Source: Tubiluchus corallicola
Lineage: Eukaryota > Animalia > Priapulida
Length of the DNA: 64,000 nt
Reading direction: 5' to 3'
Assembly: GCA_030141605.1 (NCBI GenBank)
Contig: JAQGDQ010000116.1
Span: forward strand, 372,001 to 436,000
A program made the translations under genes and the position numbers. The stretch's first letter is position 1; every line of letters starts with the position of its first letter. Below are positions 1 through 11,793 of the stretch, piece after piece. The notes under the pieces are model-generated. The model was not told the DNA's origin, ran no database searches, and worked only from the letters and a program-made list of their open reading frames with translations.

Positions 1-117
1 GTGCATAAACTGCCCAAAATTAGATTGATTAACATGTGAATTTAATTTTTAAACTTCTTGTTTATATCTAGCTACTGACAGTTACTGATACATTTATCGT
101 TCAAATTAAGTTATAAT

Positions 118-429
118 CAGGACCGGATCATGACATTTTGGGGCTCTCACCTGCACTCGTCTTGAAAATTTTTTACTCATGATATATTTTAGCGATAGTT
201 ACATAGCTTGAAGTAAACTTATTGCAAATTCTTTAAATAAACTAGAATAGCTATCTTTTGTACGTCAAAATTATTAAAGAATAACAATATTTTACTATTT
301 ATTGTAAACATATTAGCACATATTTCAACACATTCGTAGTGAGAGAACAGATTTTTTTACCAAATTTTACCAAAGTTTGAGGGGCCTCAGGCTGTAGCCT
401 GTTCTAGCCTGTAGGATTATCCGGCTCTG
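118..429. mobile_element. hAT-like MITE (312 bp) in a MARK intron
   Basis: Terminal inverted repeats CAGGACCGGAT...ATCCGGCTCTG, flanked by a perfect 8-bp TSD GTTATAAT (110-117, 430-437); homologous copy at ~28933-29260. Confidence 0.85.
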
Positions 430-452
430 GTTATAATTTAATATTATAATAG

Positions 453-620
<168 letters not shown>

Positions 621-1027
621 TAAGTCGTACTAGTCATCTAATTAATGTGCAAAACTAAGGCTATTCAGCTAAACTGAGCTGTTCAGTATTGACTGAAATC
701 TAATTCAAATTAAAGTGAATCCATGAGAGCAAATTTGAATGCAAAATTTTATTGCATGGTATAATTTTATACTTAGTGAAATTGAGTTTGCTCTGTTAAT
801 CAAATTTAATTCAAAATGCTTTCAATTATATTAATGTACCAGCCATCGGTCATTAATACTTTCAATCTATCATTGGATTTACTACACTGTTCCAGCTGTT
901 CATCATTTTGACACTTATAAAAATGAGTATACCTTTTATTTATGACTAGTCTATTTCCAATTGATTAGAAATTCCCTTTTGATATGTTCACAAGCCTTTA
1001 ATCTACAGTGCTATTTTACTCTTTCAG

Positions 1028-1084
1028 ATTGTATCTGCTGTGCAATATTGTCACCAGAAACGAATCATACATAGGGATTTAAAG
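1028..1084 (+). CDS. MARK: PAR-1/MARK exon, catalytic loop
   Basis: ttcag|[19 protein letters not shown]|gtag. Confidence 0.95.
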
Positions 1085-1653
1085 GTAGAAAATACTCGTT
1101 TGATTTTGCACGCCATACCTATTTCTTGTTGTCACTATCGTTAAACTGATTTATGGTAATGCATAGTACAACGTTTGTGATTTATCAAATACAATGCTCA
1201 GAATTTTGGACAACATTTTTGGTTTTGTATACGTTCTTTGTTTATTTTTCTGTTTTGCATTCTTTAACTTAATATTAACAACAAGCCAAGTTCACATAAC
1301 TACTATCTTGTTTTGGAGCCATGGATTAAAATTTTGGCACTTTAGGGCAAGTTTTTAGTGCCTTGGCACTTCTTTGATATCCGATAATGCTTTTGGATTA
1401 ATTATAATACGTGTTCTCCCTGAAATGAAGCAACTAAGATTCAAACTAATTCATTATACTGCAGAGCTTGCCTTCAAGTACATGGTGATTCTTGACAGTG
1501 ACTAACAATATTGTGCCAGTTTTACTAATTCTGATGGGAGTTTGCTAATCATCTTGCATTGGCATAATATTATTTTACATTAGCTGTGTCAGCTGTTTAG
1601 GCTGCTGGTTTAGGCTTAGTGTAGGCACATTATACACGTGCACGCATGCATGC

Positions 1654-1672
1654 GCACACACACACACATGCA

Positions 1673-1705
<33 letters not shown>
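1654..1705. repeat. imperfect (CA)n microsatellite
   Basis: Direct reading of the sequence. Confidence 0.85.
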
Positions 1706-1815
1706 CTGTTTAGTTCTAGTACAGTCCTACAATAATGAACTAAAGTACAGTATAATAATAGGTCAATTAACTATGTTATTAACATGTTCTGTATCAGCAA
1801 ATCAGTGTAATCTAA

Positions 1816-2019
<204 letters not shown>

Positions 2020-2137
2020 TAATTCAGCATATCACTGTGCAATTTACTTTATTTTCTTTTAGTGCATTTATAAAGTACAATAAAAATAGACTGTAATTGA
2101 CCTGTTCTTTGGTATTTGTTAGTATACCACTAATTTC

Positions 2138-3153
2138 TAGTAATCACGATTACCAATTACTGTCACTCAGTAATCGATTACTGAGATCGCGCGGCACTGT
2201 CTGATATTGGTGGTGAATGTGTCTATACAAATCTGTGTTCACAGCACCCAGAAATGCGACGAATAAATGCTGTTAGCTTCTAGTGATATTGTTCAGAATG
2301 ACACTGCAGTCAGGCTACTTTTCAGGCATTTATACTTTAGTTATTATATTCCTTAGTTTGGTATGTCTAAATAGCACCTTAAAATTTAGTTAGAACCCTT
2401 TTAGCTTTCACTGAGTGCAGCATAGTGTGCTGAAATTAATATTTAAAAACAAAGGAAAGAAAATAAGTCATATGTAAATCACGTACGGTTCGAACGTATG
2501 TCACTAATTATTTTATATAATTTTTGGAGCAAAATGCACATGTACTATTAGACCAGAAAATGCTCTTTTAACTGATTGGGAACATGGGAACATTATTAGT
2601 CTTGAAGGTTTATCAAATAATACACTTAGTCACATTTTAAAAAAGTTTCCTGAAATTAAATCGTTGTAAAATTCTGAAGTTATTTGCATTGAAATACTTA
2701 ATTGCACCTAAAAAGAATAGAAAAATGTGATTTTATTAAAAACTGTGAGTAACACTACTTTCCATGATGTCGAAAGTGCACCAGCAGTATTAGTTTATAC
2801 TATATCATAGTTGTTTGTTTATTAGGCAGCAGGCCACCTGCGCACATTGGTGATACGCTGTCTCTTACCCAAAAAATACAGTACTAATTGCTTTTTGTCG
2901 CAACTCGCGACACACGGGTAGGTCAGCGCTCTTACTTGGTCGCGTACTATACATGCAAGCTATAAGTTAAGTCATTCTCTGAAGGCGGAGATTCGTGCTT
3001 GAGAGTGTTTAGTGTTTACATCCGCAATTTTTCCGTGTTGAAAATCATTTCAAACCCATTTTTCATTTTTTGTATTCAAGTTAGGATAAATTCTTAGACA
3101 CAAAAGTAATTGTTTAGTGTGCGATTACTTGTAGTCGATTACGCCCACCACTA
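2138..3153. mobile_element. degraded non-autonomous DNA transposon (TAG-ended, hAT-like)
   Basis: GTAATCGATTAC-type subterminal palindromes at both ends; right end GATTACGCCCACCACTA; left terminus eroded, no TSD found. Confidence 0.4.
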
Positions 3154-3192
3154 GTATGTTCTAGTTTTCTGCAATATTGTTGTTTACATAGA

Positions 3193-3490
3193 AGCTGTCT
3201 AATCACTAATAAGCAGTCTTATCGGACAAGGTTTGGACAAGACTGAATTCATGTAATCTATCCCACAAGCAGTTTAGTCAGTATTAATCAGTCTTGTCAG
3301 TTGAGTTTTGGACAAGACTGAATTCTTGTAAACTATCCCACAAGCAGTCTAATCACTAGTAATTAGTCTTATCAGTCGAATTTCGGACAAGACTGAATTT
3401 TTATACTTTTTCCCACAAGCAGCTTAGTCACTAGTAATCAGTCTTATTGGTCGAATTTTCGACAAGACTGAATTCCTGTAATCTATCCCA
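3193..3490. repeat. minisatellite, ~75-bp unit x4
   Basis: GACAAGACTGAATT...CCCACAAGCAG recurs every ~75 bp. Confidence 0.9.
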
Positions 3491-3840
3491 GTTGATCTGT
3501 TGCTATTTACTGAAATTAGTCGACTGAATGTGTTGTTAGTGAACCAGATTTTTGAAAGAATCAAAAACTTACCCACTGATAAGTATAATTTTTAAAATTT
3601 CTAAAATTAGATGTTGAACAGACAACAGACAAATATGTCTCTGCAACGTGGAAATATGTTTACATCAGGTGGCAAAAACGTGGTGAAGCTTGATTACGAT
3701 ATTATAAGAAGGAAAACGAAATCGCTTGGAAATTACCATACTGTTCTGGTATGGTAATTTTCAAGCCTATGGTAATCCTTCCACCCTACATCACCAGTTC
3801 TTTTGCCACCTTGTGGCTTATCATTTTCAAGTAATGTTGA

Positions 3841-4071
<231 letters not shown>

Positions 4072-4336
4072 TAGAATATATATTAATATATAATATGATT
4101 GTATGCTAATATAATAGATAATATAACAATAAATTTTATTTGTAGTATAGTAAAAAAATTCAACATTGTAATAGTCTAATGTTATCTAATAATAATTTGT
4201 GAAGACCTGAAAGTGTAATCAGTGTTGATATTTTTCTTTATTGCTTTGTGAAATTGTTACTGATATTGCAAGGATACATTGGCTATACAAATTAGATAAA
4301 CAGCATGTAAATGTTTGTAACCTAACATTTTTCTAG

Positions 4337-4456
4337 GAATTACGAGAGAGGGTGCTGAGAGGGAAGTATCGTATACCATTCTACATGTCGACTGATTGTG
4401 AAAACCTGCTAAAGAAGTTTCTCGTTTTAAATCCTGCCAGAAGAGCTACATTAGAG
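4337..4456 (+). CDS. MARK: PAR-1/MARK exon
   Basis: [40 protein letters not shown]; 120 nt, phase 0-0. Confidence 0.96.
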
Positions 4457-5053
4457 GTATTTTCGTTTGGCGGTAGTATAGGTTTAATACGTGTTTAAAA
4501 TAGTAACAATGCCTGAGTATTTCGTTTTACATGTTCATTTCTTGTTTTTTACAACAATGATGGCTTAAAGTACAGATGATACACATAAGCTAATTTGTGA
4601 CTCATAAAAAGTTATTGAACTTTGAAAGAAAGGAGAAAGTATGTTGATATTAGGATCAATTCAGGCTTGGGTTCCCAGATTTTGAAAAATATTGATGTTG
4701 ACATTCAGTGATGTTTAGGTGTGTGATTTTGAACATATTTGATTTTGGGCTGAATGCACTGTATAAAAGATGAAAATGGCAATTAGTCTTTATGCATATT
4801 TTTATAGATTTATTCTAGTTGCTTACTTATGCCAGTGCATGCTTTTTATTGTGCAGTCTGTGGTATAGTAGAATCATTTTTAGTCTATAAGTGACATGAT
4901 GTTAACTTTCTTTACACCTGTTTTTGCTAAACTTAAGACTGCAACCTTGAAATGAATTGATATTCTAATGTGTAGGCTTCATATACTGAAACTTGAAAAC
5001 ACATTGTCATTGAAATCGATGTTTTCTTTTACATCTTGTTTTTTCTTCGTTAG

Positions 5054-5153
5054 CAAATCATGAAAGATAAGTGGATGAATATAAATTACGAGGATGATGA
5101 GCTAAAGCCGTATATGGAACCTGATCCAGATTTTAATGATCAGCGGCGTATAG
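5054..5153 (+). CDS. MARK: PAR-1/MARK exon, end of kinase domain and linker
   Basis: [33 protein letters not shown]; AG/GT boundaries. Confidence 0.93.
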
Positions 5154-5716
5154 GTATGTTAGTTAGTGAATACAAGTACATTAATTCTGTGTTTTAGGCT
5201 AGAATCATTTTGTTCTTGCTCATTGTTTTACATACTTTACATACTTTTTCAGTATACCAGAATATAGGTTTCATATATAATCTTTGTCCTTTGTTCACAT
5301 TTATTTTGAAAAACTGCTATACTTGGTGGACATAACCAGATCGCCAATTATAATTCAAGCTTGTGTATTAAATTGCCAGATTAATCAAAACTCTGGTACA
5401 AACTCGTAATTAGCTTGTGGGTATTTGCAGTTGTTTAAAAATTGACATCTCAAGCTGTTTTTGCATCAAAGCTCCTATGAAAAATTTGGTAATATATGTT
5501 TGTGTCAAAATTAATTACACCAGTTCAGTCCGATGCTAGGTTCTTGGGTTTAGTACTGAGAGAGCGTATAATAAGTATATTCTCTGCTTGTATATGTGAC
5601 ATGATTGGTTTGGCAGTTGATTACACATATTCTTAAACATGTTTATTCATACACTGTGCAGCTTCTTAAGTATTTTTGTAGTAATGTTTTGACTATTTTT
5701 TTTATTGTTATTTTAG

Positions 5717-5829
5717 ATATAATAGCACAAATGGGCTATACAAGAAAAGAAATAGAAGAGTCGTTAACACAGCAAAAGTTTGATGATATTATGGCAGCCT
5801 ATTTGTTACTGGGCAGAAAATCACCAGGC
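5717..5829 (+). CDS. MARK: PAR-1/MARK exon, UBA domain
   Basis: IIAQMGYTRKEIEESLTQQKFDDIMAAYLLLGRK; donor gtaagt. Confidence 0.93.
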
Positions 5830-6316
5830 GTAAGTACAAATTATACTTGCTGCTATAAATATTCGGTACACTTTTAGCTTAAAGGTCGTACTCACTACAC
5901 TTTTGATATGCATTTGTAAAAAGACACCATTGCAAGATAATTTGCAAACTGTTTAGTGAACTGCATTTTAAAACGTATGATGTTTTTTCTATTTGTTTCC
6001 AATAAATTTTTTCTGGGAAGTAATGACACTTGAATGCCATTGACGGTTAAGGAGCATTAGAGAAACCGAAAGTCTTTATAAACGACAACAAATTTTATTT
6101 GTGAACAATGAATTTTACAAGTACCTATGTTATAATTTAAATTTATATTTTGAATGATATTTTTATATTGTTAATATTAGTAAAAGAGATATTGGTGTCA
6201 TTGGACTTTGTCTATGTATTTTATTGTCTCTTGAAGTCATATTACTGATGCAAAAAAGAGTAAAACACTGTTTTAGTGTTCACTCAAACCTTTGCTAATT
6301 AAACATTATTTTGTAG

Positions 6317-6494
6317 TTGGAACAAGGTGATTCCAGGTCTAATAGTAGTCTTTCATTGCTAACATCATCCGGAGCAGATCGTCCATCCACCACAACTGAC
6401 ACAACATCTCCAACTCATAGCAAAGTACAACGAAGCATTTCTGCATCACAGTCGCAGAAACCTCGGCGGTTTAGTCATGGAGGTGAGAAAGAAG
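6317..6494 (+). CDS. MARK: PAR-1/MARK spacer exon (alternative donor after 6482)
   Basis: SPTHSKVQRSISASQSQKPRRFSH matches the MARK KVQRS/RRFS motifs; two in-phase donors, gtgaga (6483) and gtatgc (6495). Confidence 0.88.
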
Positions 6495-7163
6495 GTATGC
6501 ACATGGCAGTCAAATCAGCATGCTCTGTTGTACCAAGTCCATTAACAACACGCATATTTATTTTTTAAGTTATGATTCTTATGTGTGCATGTTCGAAAAA
6601 TGTATTTGTGAAAATTATGTGTCAGTGAGTCTTGTGTTCTTTCAAGGAGAAATAACACTTGGATAGAATGAGCTCTTTGAAGATCAAATGCATGCATGAG
6701 TTAACTGCTTATGTGTATAATACTTCTGGCCTAGTACTGTGTGTTTGGTTCATGTGCATGTCTGCATACCTATTCTTTATATTGTATTTTAAGCATATTT
6801 TTAATGTATATTATTAATGTAACTTCTGGTTTGATGCTTATTGTTCGTGATACTAGCTTCTGCAAATGTAAAAACTGTGTTAATGCCCAGTACCCATATC
6901 TTAATAAACTTACTTTTGTAATTTTTTTAGTATTCACCATAATTACATTGCATTCTTTTTTGCCTATAAATTTTATGGTTTGTTTTGGTCATAGAAATGT
7001 GGACTTTCTTGAGTCTGTATTTGTATGCAGCATGGATGTTTAACACATGTATTAGACATTTTTTATCAACCTCGCATTAATTTGTGCTATGTCACTGATT
7101 GTATAGTATTTATGCACTTCACGTTGCCATTTGCCTTTTAAATTAATGCAAATGGTTTTGCAG

Positions 7164-7340
7164 TACCATCACCAGCTTATGGCAGTACTCGGTCACGTGC
7201 AACTGGTGTAACAAACACAAAAACAACCACAAGTGCCAATAGCGGCAACAACCAAAATGGTGCTGGTACACCAACTGTTACTACTTCCAGCGCAGGCACT
7301 CATCGGGTGCGAACTGCTCCTGCCAAAGTTTGTGCATCAG
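7164..7340 (+). CDS. MARK: PAR-1/MARK spacer exon (S/T/G-rich)
   Basis: ttgcag|...|gtaagt, phase 1-1, open frame; absent from the ORF track. Confidence 0.82.
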
Positions 7341-7630
7341 GTAAGTAATCTACAGATAATGCTTTTCTTTTACAAAATATCAGACTAGATTTGTTCTAGG
7401 ACCGTAGCAGTGAGGTGTGGGTGCTAACAGTGTGGTGTTTGTTTCTAAATGGTCGATGATAGTCAAACAACTTCATTATCTACTAAGGGCTTTCCTTTGA
7501 CTTTCAGTTCATTTTAAGTTTCCCCATTTTTTGCTTCATGCATCGTGGTGAAAAATCTGAAAGGTGTATCTTTTTTTAATTAATCTGTTATTATCGTGTA
7601 ATTTATTAATATTATCTAACAATTTGACAG

Positions 7631-7784
7631 ATTCTAGCACAAATCGAAAAGAGGGAGTGAAAAAGATGGCTCCGCAGCCGCCCAAGAATAACGTCTTAAC
7701 TGGTATTACTCGACGAAACACCCTCCACGTCTATGGGGAGTCGAAAGCTGGGACTGGAGGTGATAAACAGAATAATCAGGAAAG
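7631..7784 (+). CDS. MARK: PAR-1/MARK spacer exon
   Basis: Contains TRRNT, a motif conserved in MARKs; phase 1-2. Confidence 0.85.
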
Positions 7785-8489
7785 GTATGTTTATTTCAGT
7801 TTGGAATATAAATGTGAATTGGTCTACTGTCATTAAATAGATTAAATCATGAGTGAACGTCTAACGTATTTAATCATAACCTAATTGAGTTAGTTCAGAT
7901 TTAGTTTGTTGTCTTTTTAAGTTCGTTTTAAACTGTGTAGGCAATAAGTCTAAAAAATGTTTTAACACTTTCTGTTTTTTATTTCTGTATTCTGATTATT
8001 TCTAAGAAACTAATGTCTCTGTAACAACATTTTAACACGCTAATGCTTATTAAATACATTTGTTTGTTTTTTCATTTCATGTTTTGTAAATGTAGAGTTT
8101 TGGCTGTAACAGATTGTTTAGTATTATCTATCAAAATCATCAGTACAACATTGGCCATCTTCGCTATCAACCATTTGGTCAGATGAAGTGTTGATTTTAG
8201 TACTACTATATACTATTTAGTACTACTGGCAATGGCTTCAAGGTTTTTCCTTAAAGAGAAGCTGCATTTCTGCTAGTTTCCACTACATCTGATATACGAC
8301 CAGTTTTTCTTTAGAAACTATTTGGTCAGTGTGTACCTATGGCACTAAAATAGTAAATTACTGAAATATTTTGTTGCACTAATTTGCATTAATTTGTTTT
8401 TTGTTTTGTTTTTTCAAAATTCTACATTGAGTGCCTTTTTCAAATGGCAAGGTGGAACGCTTTTCTTATTTTGTTTTTGGTTCACATAG

Positions 8490-8612
8490 TGTAACTACAG
8501 GTAATAAGGTATCATCAACCAGGCCTAAGGGTCATGTGAAATCAGCTTCCACCTCTCAAGCAGGCCGGATGGGCTTCGATGGCCCAAGCGTGCAGGATCC
8601 GTTACGACCCAC
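8490..8612 (+). CDS. MARK: PAR-1/MARK spacer exon (symmetric, possibly cassette)
   Basis: catag|...|gtgagt, 123 nt, phase 2-2; RPKGHVKSAS resembles the MARK H.KS.S motif. Confidence 0.8.
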
Positions 8613-9711
8613 GTGAGTTGTCCTGCATGATTGTGTGCACTGTTATTCAAGTTGTAATTGTTGTTATTTCACCATTTGTCAGTAATTGCATGTTATCATT
8701 ACTGCTGTATTTGGAATACACTGACGTTAAAGCAATAGATGTTGTTATTCATGAAAAAACTCTAACTTTTACTTAATCATTGCACCCTAGCTATCTTAAT
8801 TTTTCTGATACATTTTAAAAAATTAAAGGTTTGTTATATTATTGAGCTTTTCTTTTGTTTTTTAAGCCATATGGTAGTGCTAATTGTGCCCTAGGACAGT
8901 TAAGGCTTTTATCTATTTTTGATTTTATGTGTGTTTTGGCACTAAATTTTACACTTTACCCCACTAATTATTCAAATATTTTTGCAACCTAACACTTTAC
9001 TAAAACATTTTTTTCGCTTTTCTGTGTGGTTTAGCTTTAGTGCTGGTTACTAAATGCAATTTTTGCAGCATAAAACATTAACACATTTTTCTTTTTCTTT
9101 TCTTTGTCATATAGCTTCTAACAGCTGTCTCTCCACAGTAATGTTGCTGATCTTTTTTACATATGTCCATTGTCCAAGTATATTTATAAAAAAACCACTT
9201 GTGATTTGCCTAGATTTGAATTTTGAAATCGTATACGACTTATTTCAAGAATCCTGTAATTTTACTCATTGTATTGTAACGCCTGACAAATGTTTCAGTT
9301 AAATTCGTCATCTATAACGGCAGTTTCTTCATTTGGGTGCACATGATAAAATACGATTTTCATTTATCTGTCTGACTGATTCTGATGCAAAGCGGGAGAA
9401 AAAAATGTTTGTTGTTTAATGCACATTATCAAGCATTGTGATGTGATATAGCAGTGCTTTTTGATGCTTAGAAAGTACTAGCAGCTTTGCTGTAACATTG
9501 CACAGTTATTGCAAAACTTTTCTTGTTTTTATTTTAATCCATTATTGTTATTGACTTGCAAATGTACGAATTCGGCTTACTCATTTTGTTTCTAATGAAC
9601 TCCATGGGACTAGCCTGTGATATTTTACTTTTATAGAATGTAATCTTAATTAAAATGAAAAACATGGAATTTATCCAATTTCATTAAACACAGGTTTTAC
9701 TTATTTTATAG

Positions 9712-9906
9712 AAGTGCTGGTGTGGGTAATAGGATGACTGCCTCTCCTTCTCCAGCCAGGTTCCCACGTGGTACAGCTAATAGGAGCACATTCCATAGTG
9801 GGCAGACGAGAAATGTTAGTTCACCAACAGGAGTGGGTGGTGCTGCCGGTGACAAATCTTTGCTGAGTAAAATATCACAGATATCACAAAAGTTTTCAAA
9901 ACCTAG
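9712..9906 (+). CDS. MARK: PAR-1/MARK exon with aPKC site
   Basis: RFPRGTANRSTFHSGQ contains RSTFH (9782-9796), the conserved aPKC-phosphorylated Thr motif; followed by LLSKISQISQKFSK. Confidence 0.92.
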
Positions 9907-10551
9907 GTATGGATAATTAAAAGTCTATAAACCTGTTTTACCTAGAGTGCTCCAAGATTAACATTATACATTGATAAGCTTGCAAACTATTTTAAGGGAA
10001 AGCGGCTTGGTGTAATGCTTATGTATAAATTAAGTTGAATGAAGTTGCTTAAAAGTTAGCAAGCATGAGGGAATTAAATTAACTTCTTAAAGCATGTAAA
10101 CAATATTGTGATAACAAAGGCATGAAGTAAGTACCGTAACCTCTTTATTAATAAACATTAAGCCAAAAATATTATTATAGGTGAAGATCGATGGGTGGTG
10201 TTATTTAACCCATGAAAACTTCACAAGGTTTTATTTTCTTATTCTGCATGACAGGAAGAACTACTTCCTCATGTTAACACAAAACAAAAACACTTTCCCG
10301 GTTAATTCTCATGATGCATGAAATCTGTTGTACATCTAACTAAAGTAGATCTGACATTTTCCAAGGGTTTATACATGATTCTGCCGAAAATACACACGTG
10401 TGTAGCTGTAGCCATTGTCATTTTTTGTAATTGCATTTGCTTTTGCATCTTATTATTTGCAAGTTTATGGTTTATGATTTTGATACGTTATGTATGAACC
10501 CTTTACGTTATTAATGCATGCTGACTCTCTTTTATTGCTCTATCCTCACAG

Positions 10552-10668
10552 TAGAAACCTGTATGAAATGAAGCCAACTCCTACTGGTGCAGAAAGTCCA
10601 CAGCCACGCACATATACGGGATTACAAGCAAGAAGCCCTGCTACTTCAGCTGGCGTTCAGCCAAGAAG
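10552..10668 (+). CDS. MARK: PAR-1/MARK candidate cassette exon before KA1
   Basis: Pyrimidine tract plus NAGNAG acceptor (cagtag), donor AG|gtacga, 117 nt, phase 2-2, RNLYEMKPTP... Confidence 0.65.
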
Positions 10669-11465
10669 GTACGACTGCCCCAAGCCATAATTTGTGGCAT
10701 GGTTCAGTTTATATAGTGCAGCATGCGTTGATCTTTTTCAGAGCATGATTGTTTTGCCGGTCTTTCAATACACGGCATTTCTGTGTCTGGTACTTCAGAA
10801 ATAAGCCCATTTTTACTTTTTTGACTATTTATAAACATTTGGGTAAATTTGTACGAGTGCAGAAGATGTTAAAAAGTTACCACGTTCTACAAAGTTGTAG
10901 TTAGCTATAAATGGGAACTTTTCTTAGGTTCTAAATTTTTAACTGCTGCTCTCTTTTTGCTGCTGCAGCTGTTAGCATCTAATGTTTTTTGCTTTAACAT
11001 GTTATACGGTTTGTCCACACCCTAAAAATTCTTTTTGAATAAAAACAATCCACTAAACAAAACGATGATTAAGACAAGGTCTTTATTCATATGAGGTCAT
11101 CAAATCTTACTCATTTAAAAAAAGCTGCAGTATTTTTTTACATGTTACAATCTCATCGTATTTCATCTCAATGTAGAAAGTTAAAAAAATAGATGTGATT
11201 TATTCACCTTTATATTGAGTTTTGAGAACTAAGTCTTTATCAAATGAGTGTATTAAGACAGTAGGCTAGTAAATCAGTTAACGATCCTAAATGCGGTGCT
11301 AGATTAGTCATTGATGAACTTTCAGATTTTGTGACCAAGCATCTTTGGCTTTTCTGTTTCTTTTTTGACCGAAAAAGTAAATAAATTAGCCACAAGAATT
11401 ACAGAGTATTATTACTATAGAACTGTTAAATACCGAAATTCACTACATAACTATTTAAATTCTAG

Positions 11466-11793
11466 TCGGAACCTTACTGAAGATCAATTAAAGCCCAGGT
11501 CTCTGAGATTTACTTGGTCTATGAAGACAACAAGTGCTATGGATCCGAGTGACATGATGAAAGAGATACGTAAAGTCCTTGACACAAATCACTGTGACTA
11601 CGAGCAGCGAGAGAAATTTCTATTGCTCTGTGTCCATGGTGATCCAATGACAGATAGTCTTGTTCAGTGGGAAATGGAAGTGTGCAAGTTGCCCCGGTTG
11701 TCATTGAATGGCGTGCGTTTCAAAAGGATATCTGGCACATCTATTGGTTTTAAAAATATCGCATCCAAGATTGCCAATGAACTAAAACTATGA
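11466..11793 (+). CDS. MARK: PAR-1/MARK terminal exon, KA1 domain
   Basis: [15 protein letters not shown]...[42 protein letters not shown], the diagnostic ELKL end. Confidence 0.97.

Noticed and set aside
3193-3490. Regularly spaced repeats resembling a CRISPR array (also 51760-52330)
   Set aside because: The 'spacers' are homologous to each other, the context is a spliced eukaryotic locus and there are no cas genes; these are ordinary minisatellites
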